Positions 35,455 to 46,623 of a stretch of DNA of 64,000 bases are shown here, piece by piece. The position numbers were made by a program, and so were the translations under genes. Positions within the stretch are counted from its first letter, which is position 1. Each line of letters opens with the position of its first letter. Below the pieces are notes generated by a model. It saw only the letters and a list, made by a program, of their open reading frames with translations. It was not told where the DNA came from and searched no databases. This DNA is from Anthoceros angustus. Its lineage: Eukaryota > Plantae > Anthocerotophyta. The DNA is taken from assembly GCA_010909165.1 (NCBI GenBank), contig VJWM01000314.1, positions 1 through 64,000 on the forward strand. The letters run 5' to 3'.

Positions 35455-38000
35455 CTTGCCCATGCTGGCGCCATCCTATCTCCTCGGTTCCAGTTGTCTG
35501 CTGCGCTTTTCACTGCGCTCCCTTCTTGCTCATTTGGCCTCTGCGGGCAAGCTTGCTGATCAATTCTTAGGCCTTCGACAACATGCTCACCTCCTTCCCT
35601 TGACTTGGGTCATGGTAACCAACTCCTCGTCGAAATCGATCATCGTGGCTTCAAGTCGCTCTCCGGTTTCGGAGAAATGAAATCGGCATTCGATGTTGCT
35701 TCCTGGCCTGGTTTCTCGTCATAGTCAAACTCTTGCAGCGGTAATACCCATCGGCAATCCTTCACGACAAATCGGCTTGTTGACAAGATACTTCAGCAAA
35801 ATGGTCAACATGAAGCGTAACCTTGCAAGCGGATAGTGTCTAAACTTCTTACGAGTAAATGATACCAAGACCCTCCGCTCCGTGGTTGAGTAGTTCTTTT
35901 CGCATCCGTGAGTTGTCTACGCATAGAAAATCGGATGATCCGTTTCTTCTCATCTTTCGACTAAGGCGGTCCCAATGGCATAGCGGACACATCACGTATA
36001 CATGAAGCGGCTTCCCCAATCCGGTTGTAAAGTTGTGCGCTCACCAAGCATCCTTCAAGCTGAAAAGCCTCTGCGTCGTCCATTCGAAGGTGTATCCTTT
36101 TTGGTTAATTGTGTCAACAAGGCGCCTTCTTGGCGAAATCCTTGATGAACCTCCTGTAATACCCACTAGCCCTACAAAAGCTACTTTTGCCTTTGTGCGT
36201 CCATCTCGACTATCACGCTACCTTCTCTTTATCTACACCAATCCTCGTCTGAAACTCGATGTGCTAATAGAATGCCCTCGTCATGCCAAAATAACACTTC
36301 ACGGATGAAGTTTCATGTTCGACTCTGCATTTAAAGCATTGCCTCAAATGGTCTAAATGCAGTTCCTTCTCCCAAATACGAAATCATCTAGGAATACCTC
36401 CATGAACTTCTCGGAAATCTCGGAATATCGCGTTCACCACTGGAAAGTGGCGGGGCATTACACAACCGAAGGGAGCTTGAATAGGCATAAGTTCCCCAAT
36501 CCGTCGTGAGCGTTGTCTTTGTCTGATCCTCCTTGCGCCCATGCTGGCGCCATCCTATCTCCTCGGTTCCAGTTGTCCTGCTGCGGCTTTTCACTGCGCT
36601 CCCTTCTTCTTGATTTGGCCCCTCTGCGGGCAAGCTTGCTGATCAATTCTTAGGCCTTGACAACATGCTCACCTCCTTCCCCTTGACTTGGGTCATGGTA
36701 ACCAACTCCTCGTCGAAATCGATCATCGTGGCTTCAAGTCGCTCTCCGGTTTCGGAGAAATGAAATCAGCATTCGATGTTGCTTCCACGGCCTGGTTTCT
36801 CGTCATAGTCAAACTCTTGCAGCGGTAATACCCATCGGCAATCCTTCGACAAATCGGCTTGTTGACAAGATACTTCAGCAAAATGATCGACATGGAGCGT
36901 AACCTTGCAGCGGATAGTGTCTAAACTTCTTACGAGTAAATGATACCAAGACCCTCCGCTCCGTGGTTGAGTAGTTCTTTTCGCATCCGTGTGTCTACGC
37001 ATAGAAAATCGGATGATCCGTTTCTTCTCATCTTTCGACTAAAGGCGGTCCCAATAGCATAGCGGACACATCCACGTATACATGAAGCGGCTTCCCCAAT
37101 CCGGTTGTAAAGTTGGTGCGCTCACCAAGCTGTCCTTCAAGCTGAAAAGCCTCTGCGTGCGTCGTCCATTCGAAGGTGTATCCTTTTTGGTTAATTGTGT
37201 CAACAAGGCGCCTTCTTGGCGAAATCCTTGATGAACCTCTGTAATACCCACTAGCCCTACAAAAGCTACTTTTGCCTTACCGTGCGTCCATCTCGACTAT
37301 CGCTACCTTCTCTTTATCTACACCAATCCTCGTCTGAAACTCGATGTGCTAATAGAATGCCCTCCGTCATGCCAAAATAACACTTCCGGATGAAGTTTCA
37401 TGTTCGACTCCTGCATTTAAAGCATTGCCTCAAATGGTCTAAATGCAAGTTCCTTCTCCCAAATACACGAAATCATCCGGAATACCTCCATGAACTTCTC
37501 GGAAATCTCGGAAGATCGCGTTCACCACTGGAAAGTGGCGGGGCATTGCACAAGCGAAGGGAGCTTGAATAGCGTAAGTTCCCCAATCCGTGTGAGCGTT
37601 GTTTTGTCACGATCCTCCTTCCGAAATTTGATTGTACCGAATATCCATCCAAGCTGTACATCTCATGCCCGCTCATGTCAACACACTGTCCATGAAAGGT
37701 AAAGGGTGATGATCCTTCTTCGTTGCTTCATTGAGTTTTGAAATCTTGACACACCGAACCTTTCCTGCTTCTTTGGTACAATCACGATGGGCGACCCACT
37801 CCTTTGGTGAGCCGGATAAATCACCCACCTCCAAGTATTGGTCGGTGATCCTTAACAACCATGGAATACTTGGGATTCGGCTGTATTGCTTGATCCTCGT
37901 CTTGCCCTCCTTCAAATCTATTCGATGTATTCCCGGTTCTTCCGGTATCCTGTCATGTCGTAATCTTGAAGGCAAACACATCGACATATTCTCTAAGGAC
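35455..38000 (-). pseudogene. pol: Reverse transcriptase and RNase H, with a ~1.08 kb tandem duplication (about 35455-36530 and 36535-37610)
   Basis: IHRIDLKEG, KLNEATKKDHHPLPFMDSVL, LCNAP, FMEVF-DDF (frameshifted, about 37470-37495), LVSAPTLQPDW, HPIFYA, NYSTTE, RWVLPLQEFDY. Confidence 0.92.
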
Positions 38001-38439
38001 CCTCTGAAACTCTTCTTTTCTATCGCCTAGGTACTTAGAAAATCTTGACTACCTTGCTAGGTTCTAACTCTAGGTCTTCTACCGCATCGGGATCTACATA
38101 TGTTCCTCGGGTGCTGCCTATCTTGGTTCGGATCCCTCTTAGGAAAGTCTCGCTCATAAGCTGCCCTTCAAAAGGCTACTCCTTCTCTATGGGCCTCATC
38201 CTCGGACTCCTCTGACTTCCTCTATATGTAAGCAGGCATACACCAAAATCACTCTTTATTTGACCTCGTGAGGACCCCGATATGCTCGATCCTTTGCAGG
38301 AGCTTACCCCGTGCTACGAGGTGTACCGTCGGTGGGTTGCGGACTCCCCTCATAAGGAGCCTTACTCCATGACACAAAAGCAATCGCCGCAGTCCGTATC
38401 TCTTGGACTTGAAGGTGATGCCACTCGACCAAAATCAAA

Positions 38440-38710
38440 AACACGCGGTACCATACAACCAAGGCCTACCTATCAAAACCTTATAGCCTAAATCCGGCGC
38501 ATCACAATGTAGGTAAGATGGAAGGTGAGTCCCAATTATAGTGGGCACGTCCTTGGCACCCCAGTGGCTTTCTCCTTGCAGTCGGCCATCCGTAAAAATA
38601 CTCGGGCGGGTGAAACTCGGTGAACCCGAGTTGATGAGCCGTCTCCTCCGTCATCAAGTTGACTCGATCCGAATCTAATGGCACGTCGGGCACCAAACAC
38701 CCGCAATCTC
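38440..38710 (-). pseudogene. pol: Aspartic protease
   Basis: VPLDS(G)..VNLMTEETAHQLG, LRMAD..KPLG and LIGRPWLYG (about 38451-38477). Confidence 0.8.
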
Positions 38711-39539
38711 AACCTCAATCTCGGGTGCCCCAAATCAATGAGTTCGACCACATTTACCTCCGCCGCTTTCTCCCTCCTCGCTTGAGATTCCCGATCGCCT
38801 CCTTCACAATTTTGCGGGATCTCGGACTCACATAGCAAGCATCTCAGGCCCGACCACAAATTCGCGGTCAAGTAATGCGTCGTGGCGGAGATTTTATCGA
38901 CAAGGTTTCCTCCCGCTTGCAGCCACAGCTGGTCGACTCCGACCTTATTGGTAAAGTTCGATTCCATGATCCTCCTATCGGTGGGACCCATACCGTGGAT
39001 CACGATTCAGCTCTGCGACCCTGCTTCCGTGTCGGGTGAGCTGTTTAATTCATCTTCCAGCATTGCCGCTACTTCTCGACTAATGTCGGGAGGAAACGCG
39101 GTTCGTTCCTCCCCCTCCTTTGGTCCTTCGTTGCCTCGTTGAGTAGTGTCACTCGCGTCACCCGTGGTGCCGGACTGGGGTAGTCTGCCTTCCTGCTTGG
39201 ACTGGACGGTCTTGTTCCTGCTCCTCTTCGTGCGCGCGCGTCTCCGGAGGCCATGGTGAGTCATCCCTCACCTTCCTCCGTTCCTTCCTCATCGCCGTTT
39301 TCCGATCGTCCTTTCTCGCGGCCCGACACGGTGGTTACCACGGCCACCATCAACCTTTCATCCGCTCATCTCTCCTCGTATCCTTCCTCCACGATCACGT
39401 CCTGGATCCCTCGAGGGAATCATACTCCGCTTCCACCTTCAACAGGTGTTGTGGTCACGGTAATTGCGGTTTCAGAGTTGGGTCGTGCCTCTTCGCTGCT
39501 CGTAAACGACTCTGGTCGTGGTGTCACTCGCGTCACCCG

Positions 39540-42500
39540 TGCATCACAGGGTCCCCATTTTATGTCCCAATTCCTTACATACACAGCAAAGGGTACATAA
39601 CCTACTTGCTTCCGTGGTTACGGGCATTCGTTGAGTAGTGTCACGGGGCTCCGCAATTATAACACCCACTGTGGAATTGCCATCGGTGATGGATCGGTCT
39701 CCATTGTCCGGCGATGTCGGACGTGAGCCATACCTTGAGGGTTCTCAACTTGCCAAGTGTGGTGTGCGTCGGTTGGTAAGTCGCTCTCATTGATTGAGGT
39801 GGTGACTTCCGGTGACCGCTTGCACAATGCGCCTCGTCCACGTACCAATAATCTCGGCATAACGGTTTCCACATGATTTACGCGTGTCGCGGTGCGAATA
39901 CATTCTCGGTTGGTGTGTCCCGTTTGATGACAGATTGAGCAATACACCAACTGTCTCGCCGGTGAGGGAGATCTTCGTGGAGCTTGATTCTTCACCGCTT
40001 TGACCTCTAACTCGGTCAACCTCTTGGTCAAAGCCTCCACTTGTCCAGCAATCCCTCCTCCTGCTGCAGACGTTTCTCCCTTCTCCATCCGACGGACCGT
40101 CTTCCCTTTCCTCTCCTTCTCCAATGCGCGTTCCGCCTCCTCTTGTCGTTTTTTGACCTTCTCCAGGTCCTTCCTCATTCGTCGTTCGTAGGCCTTCTCC
40201 GATTCCTCATCCGATGTGGAGCCTTCCTGAGTTCCGCTGTCCTCACTTTCTGATGTGGAAGGCGGCGAGCTGGAGGAGGTGAGGAAGGCGAGCTAGATCT
40301 CCTCGATCCTTTCCTCTTCTTATGACTCCGCCTCTTCTTCCTCCTTCTCCCCGGCGGACTCCCATTCCTCGGCTAAGCGGAGGCCCCTTAACGTCTTCGT
40401 TCCGCTGCAGTGTACCTCCATTTTCGTGACAAGCCACTCACAAACCAATCCAGCGCTTGTTCTTGTGAGTACCAGTGGGTGGATCTCCGGCCTCTCGGGT
40501 GCACATTTGAACCCGATCCGGATATCCATAAAACCTCTCCACATAATCGAACAACGACTCTCGTTTCTTCCTTGGAGGGTTCTCAACTTGCCAAGTGTGG
40601 TGTGCGTGAGCCCTCGGAACCGATTCAAGAAGGCTGCCTTAAGAGCTTCCCAATCGTGGCGCACGAATTATATGCGACCATACCAGCATTGGGCATGCCC
40701 TCTCGGATCCGGAAGATCGTGATCGCTCGGCGACTCCATCCTCTAAATTCGCGTGGGAGACGTGCTCGAAAGTTCTGACAAACGCCTCCGCATCATCTCC
40801 CTTCTTCTTCTCGCCGAATTTGACGTATTGCTGGCGACTATGAAGTTGGGGCGGTCCTCCTCCTCCACCAACTCCACTCATGTTGCTCGTTCGGAGTGTC
40901 CACGCTGGACCAACACTCCTCTCGCCGGGGTAACAGGAAACAAATCGGGATCCTTGAGCACGAAAATCTTCTACCAGCAAGGGAGTAGCGACCTCCCCTC
41001 TAGTCCGTCCCAAAAGATCAATCTGATCAGCGATTCGATCGAGTCGTTCCGCCAAATCCTCCGACCAAGCCTGAAACTCCCGCTGACGTTTCTCCCTTCT
41101 CCATCCGACGGACCGTCTTCCCTTTCCTCTCCTTCTCCAATGCGTTCCGCCTCCTCTTGTCGTTTGACCTTCTCGGGTCCTTCTCATTTCGTTCGTAGGC
41201 CTTCTCGATTCCTCATCCGATGTGGAGCTTTCTTGAGTTCATTGTCCTCACTTTCGATGAGGAAGAGGCGGCGAGCTGGAGGAGGTGAGGAAGGCGAGCT
41301 AGATCTCCTCGATCCTTCCTCTTCTTATGACTTCGCCTCTTCTTCCTCCTTCTCCCTCGGCGGACTCCCATTCCTCGGCTAAGCGGAGGCCCCTTAACGT
41401 CTTCGTTCCGCTGCAGTGTACCTCCATTTTCGTGACAAGCCACTCACAAACCAATCCAGCTTGTTCTTGTGAGTACCAGTGGGTGGATCTCCGGCCTCTC
41501 GGGTGCACATTTGAACTCGATCCGGATATCCATAAAACCTCTCCACATAATCGAACAAGACTCGTTTCTTCCTTGAAGGGTTCTCAACTTGCCAAGTGTG
41601 GTGTGCGTGGCGAGCCCTCGGAACCGATTCAAGAAGGCTGCCTTAAGAGCTTCCCAATCGTGGCGCACGAATTATATGTGCGACCATACCCTTTGTGGGC
41701 ATGCCCTCTCAGCGATCCGGAAGATCGCGATCGCTCGGCGACTCCATCCTCCAAATTAGCGTGGGAGGCGTGCTCAAAGTTCTTACAAGCGCCTCCGCAT
41801 CATCTCCCTTCTTCTTCTCGCCGAATTTGGCGTATTCTTGGCGACTATGAAGTTGGCGGTCCTCCTCCACCAACTCCACTCATGTTGCTCGTTGAGTGTC
41901 CACGGACCAACACTCCTCTCGCCGGGGTAACGAAACAAATCGGGATCCTTGAGCACGAAAATCTTCTACCGAGGAGTAGCGACCTCCCTCTAGTCGTCCC
42001 AAAGATCAATCGATCGCGATTCGATCGAGTCGTTCGCCAAATCCTCCGACCAAGCACGAAACTCCCGCTCGGCGACCTCGTCGTCCTTTCGATTCATTTG
42101 GAAGATGAGGTGGTGCCACCGCTTTGAGAAGCAAAGCGTCGCGGGCGTTCGCGGCGGTTGTGGAAGGCAACTCGTGCTCGGAGGCGCGGCCCTTCCTAAA
42201 TCACGGACACCGGCTTCTCTTCTCGACCTCCTTCCTCTCGGCCGGTGATCTCGCCTCTTCTTCCTCCTTCTCCAATGCGTTCCGCACCTCGTCGCCTTGG
42301 CGTCAGGCGACTTCCTCCGCGTCGCTCGTGTCTCTACTTCCTCCTTCCTCTCGCGGTGGCGGCGGTAGCGGTCTCTTCCTTAGCGGTTTCTTCGTGGCTC
42401 GTAAATCTCTCGCGGTGGCGGTGAGGAGATCTTCGTGGAGCTTGATTCTTCACGCCTTGACCTCCAACTCGGTCAATCTTTTGGTCAAAGCCTCCACTTG

Positions 42501-43910
42501 TCCGCAATCCCTCCTCCTCCTTCTCCCTTCTCCATCCGACGGACCGTCTTCCCTTCCTCTCCTTCTCCAATGCGCGTTCCGCCTCCTCTTGTCGTTTGAC
42601 CTTCTCGGTCCTTCCTCATTTCGTTCGTAGGCCTTCTCGATTCCTCATCCGATGTGGAGCTTTCTTGAGTTCCATTGTCCTCACTTTCGATGAGGAAGAG
42701 GCGGCGAGCTGGAGGAGGTGAGGAAGGCGAGGAGCTAGATCTCCTCGATCCTTCCTCTTCTTATGACTCCGCCTCTTCTTCCTCCTTCTCCATCCGACGG
42801 ACCGTCTTCCCTTCCTCGGCTAAGCGGAGGCCCCTTAACGTCTTCGTCCCGCTGCGGTGTACCTCCATTTTCGTGACAAGCCACTCACAAACCAATCCAG
42901 CTTGTTCTTGTGAGTACCAGTGGGTGGATCTCCGGCCTCTCGGGTGCACATTTGAACTCGATCCGGATATCCATAAAACCTCTCCACATAATCGAACAAG
43001 ACTCGTTTCTTCCTTGAAGGGTTCTCAACTTGCCAAGTGTGGTGTGCGTGAGCCCTCGGAACCGATTCAAGAAGGCTGCCTTAAGAGCTTCCCAATCGTG
43101 GCGCACGAATTATATGCGACCATACCCTTTGTGGGCATGCCCTCTCAGCGATCCGGAAGATCGCGATCGCTCGGCGACTCCATCCTCCAAATTAGCGTGG
43201 GAGGCGTGCTCGAAAGTTCTTACAAGCGCCTCGCATCATCTCCCTTCTTCTTCGCCCGAATTTGGCGTATTCTTGGCGACTATGAAGTTGGTCCTCCTCC
43301 TCCACCAACTCCACTCATGTTGCTCGTTGAGTAGTGTCACGGACCAACACTCCTCTCGCCGGGGTAACGAAACAAATCGGGATCCTTGAGCACGAAAATC
43401 TTCTACCGGAGTAGCGACCTCCCTCTAGTCCGTCCCAAAGATCAATCGATCGGTGATTCGATCGAGTCGTTCGCCAAATCCTCCGACCAAGCACGAAACT
43501 CCCGCTCGGCGACCTCGTCGTCCGTCGATTCTGGAAGATGAGGTGGTGCCACCGCTTTGAGAAGCAAAGCGTCGCGGGCGTTCGCGGCGGTTGTGAAGGC
43601 AACTCGTGCTCGGAGGCGCGGCCCTTCCTAAATCCTTTGGACACCGGCTTCTCTTCTCGACCTCCTTCCTCTCGGCCGGTGATCTCGCCTCTTCTTCCTC
43701 CTTCTCCCTTCTCCAATGCGTTCCGCACCTCGTCGCCTTGGCGTCAGGCGACTTCCTCCGCGTCGCTCGTGTCTCTACTTCCTCCCGCTCAGTGGCGGCG
43801 GTAGCGGTCTCTTCCCTTAGCGGTTTCTTCGTAAGCTCGTAAATCTCGCGGTGGCGGCGGTGGTGACCTTCGCGTGTATCTCCCGAGATCGACCCCTATC
43901 GACATCGCAA
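39540..43910 (-). pseudogene. gag: gag (core present three times) with CCHC zinc knuckles
   Basis: HDWEALKAAFLNRFRGL..TLGKLRTLQGRNES at about 40550-40664, 41560-41668 and 43000-43106. Knuckle CSICHQTGHTNREC at about 39900-39942. Confidence 0.9.
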
Positions 43911-44096
43911 CCATCCTCATGTCCTCCAACCCACGGTGTTAAGAAGCAAATCACACCCGTTTAGTGTCTCAACCATTCACCCTATGACACTTAGGCGGCG
44001 TGAAATTCCTCTTCTCACCCTATGGTGACTCGGTCCCTTCTCAAGCATACTCTGACCTAGCGATGGAAACCACAAAACTTCAACCTTTCAACAACA

Positions 44097-44111
44097 ATCC
44101 CGACAGCGCCA
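44097..44111 (-). promoter_or_regulatory. Primer binding site (tRNA-Asp-like, with a small deletion)
   Basis: LTR end CA, then TTTT, then TGGCGCTGTCGGGA. Confidence 0.7.
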
Positions 44112-44115
44112 AAAA

Positions 44116-46601
44116 TGTGGTAGGAGAATCAGGGGCACTCCCGGTCCTCCCACTATAAGCGGCCACACTTATCCCATCGCCCGTCGTTGGGTTTCGTCCC
44201 ATGAGACTTGTGTGAAAGTTCGAGGTCTTGTGATGCCGTCGCTACTGCTGACACACTTCTCGACCTTCTAAACAAGCAAGGCGCCCCTCTACTCTCCCTC
44301 TCACGGTGCACCACTTGCCTTTGCTTGAAAATCGCCAACCTCGACCCCTAGCGACACAAAACAATTGCGGGTCACGCCTCGGACAAGGAGCCTACCAGGC
44401 GCCGGGGACCCCCAGTTCACACCGATTTCGTCCCTACTTCTAAGACCAAACTTGACCTACAACGACACAACACAATTGCGGTCACCTCGTGACAAGGAGC
44501 CTACCACGGGCGCCGGGGACCCCCAGTTCACACCGATTCGTCCCTACTTCTAAGACCAAACTTCTCCACTCGGGGGCTCTTTTACTTGCAGTTGGGATTC
44601 GTCCCTTAGGCTCTGCACGTGGCCTTCCACTAACACCTACACCTCTAATCCTCTACTCATCTTCTCATCTCCTCATCCTCTTCCTCCTAGTCTAACCTCG
44701 ATTCGGGCTTCTTGGTTTCGACTCGCCCTTACGGCTGGCACAGGTCGCCTCCACCAGCAAGTTCTTCCTTGGGCGGTTGCTATGAGTTTGACACAGGCGA
44801 GAACCTCGAGTCTTTCCTGTAGTCTACCCTCAAGCCGAGAGTTCTCAGGCATTTGCCACACCCAAAGCAAAGCAATTTCACGCAACCATCCTCATGTCCT
44901 CCAACCCACGGTGTTAAGAGGAAGCAAATCACACCCTTTAGTGTCTCAACCATTCACCCTATGACAACTTAGGCGTGAAATTCCTCTTCTCACCCTATGG
45001 TGACTCGGTCCCTTCTCAAAACATTACGCGCCTAGCGATGGAAACCACAAAACTTCAACCTTTCAACAACAAGTCCCGACAGCGGCGCCAAAAATGTGGT
45101 AGGAGAATCGGGCACTCCCGGTCCTCCCACTATAAGCGGCCACACTTATCACTTGTCGCCCGTCGTTGGGTTTCGTCCCATGAGACTTGTGTGAAAGTTC
45201 GAGGCCTTGTGATGCCGTCGCTACTGCTGACACACTCTCGACCTTCTAAACAAGCAAGGCGCCTCTACTCTCCCTCTCACGGTGCACCACTTGCCTTTGC
45301 TTGAAAATCGCCAACCTCGACCCCTAGCGACACAACACAATTGCGGGTCACCTCGGCGAGCCTACCACAGGCGCCGGGGACCCCCAGTTCACACGATTTC
45401 GTCCCTACTTCTAAGACCAAACTTGACCTAGCGACACAACACAATTGCGGGTCGCCTCGGTGACAAGGAGCCTACCACGGGCGCCGGGGACCCCCAGTTC
45501 ACACCGATTTCGTCCCTACTTCTAAGACCACTCTTCTCCACTCGGGGCGCTCTTTTACTTGCAGTTGGGATTCGTCCCTTAGGCTCTGCTGTGGCCTTCC
45601 ACTAACACCTACACCTCTAATCCTCTACTCATCTTCTCATCTCCTCATCCTCTTCCTCCTAGTCTAACCTCGATTCGGGCTTCTTGGTTTGACTCGCCCT
45701 TACGGCTGGCACAGGTCGCCTCCACCAGCAAGTTCTTCCTTGGGCGGTTGCTATGAGTTTGACACGAGAACCTCCAGTCTTTCCTGTAGTCTACCCTCAA
45801 GCCGAGTTCTCGGGCATTTGCCACACACCCAAAGCAAAGCAATTTCACGGCAACCATTCACAAGGGAGCAACTCGTTTAGGCACTTGCGTGAGCAAGTCC
45901 TCCACCAACACTCAGACCACGCGACTTCCTCTCTACAGACTGTGTTGGCTCACGGTGCACGAAATTCCTCTGTGGCCTTCCACTAACACCTACACCTCTA
46001 ATCCTCTACTCATCTTCTCATCTCCTCATCCTCTTCCTCCTATTCTAACCTCGATTCGGGCTTCTTGGTTTCGACTCGCCCTTACGGCTGGCGCACAGGT
46101 CGCCTCCACCAGCAAGTTCTTCCTTGGGCGGTTGCTATGAGTTTGACACGAGAACCTCCGAGTCTTTCCTGTAGTCTACCCTCAAGCCGAGTTCTCGGGC
46201 ATTTGCCACACACCCAAAGCAAAGCAATTTCACAGCAACCATTCACAAGGGAGCAACTCGTTTAGGCACTTGCGTGAGCAAGTCCTCCACCAACACTCCG
46301 ACCACGCGACTTCCTCTCTACAGACTGTTGGCTCACGGTGCACGAAATTCCTCTGTAATGGCAAAGGACTCGATGGCGTGGGCGCAAGACATGATACTTT
46401 ACTTTGTGAAATCCTCCTCCTCTTATAGGAGGCCTTCCACATACAACCTCCCTTGGTGACCCTCTGCGGTCACCTTTTCCAATTCTATTATTTCCTACAC
46501 TTGACATTTAATGTCTGGCACCTAAGTCTATTGTCTGATCCTTGGTAAATTCTATTCTAGTAACTTCACCTAAGACCATCCTTAAAGGATGTCAGTCTAC
46601 A
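44116..46601 (-). mobile_element. Upstream (shared) LTR, expanded by two internal tandem duplications
   Basis: Homologous to 19776-20923. TGTGGTAGGAG starts at both 44116 and 45095. About 43906-44880 is repeated from 44881, and about 45590-45970 is repeated from 45970. Confidence 0.82.
45074..45090 (-). promoter_or_regulatory. Duplicated primer binding site, tRNA-Asp-like
   Basis: TGGCGCCGCTGTCGGGA lies 4 nt after the LTR end. It resembles the Athila-type PBS TGGCGCCGTTGCCGGGG (first 8 nt identical). Confidence 0.75.
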
Positions 46602-46623
46602 CCACCTATCCTTCCCGTTCCCC
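46602..46623 (-). promoter_or_regulatory. Polypurine tract of the second element copy
   Basis: Identical to 20924-20945. Confidence 0.7.

Larger units (their letters stand above)
19776..46601 (-). mobile_element. Complete-architecture but degenerate and internally duplicated Ty3/gypsy non-chromovirus LTR retrotransposon with a 3' accessory ORF
   Basis: LTR-PBS-gag-PR-RT-RH-INT-extra ORF-PPT-LTR in the correct order on the minus strand. No chromodomain and no second RNase H seen. Confidence 0.88.

Noticed and set aside
45095-45369. Short 275 bp LTR bounded by TGTGGTAGG...CCTACCACA
   Set aside because: LTR homology, the TATA box and the PPT extend well beyond, and the motif is usually CCTACCACG in other copies.
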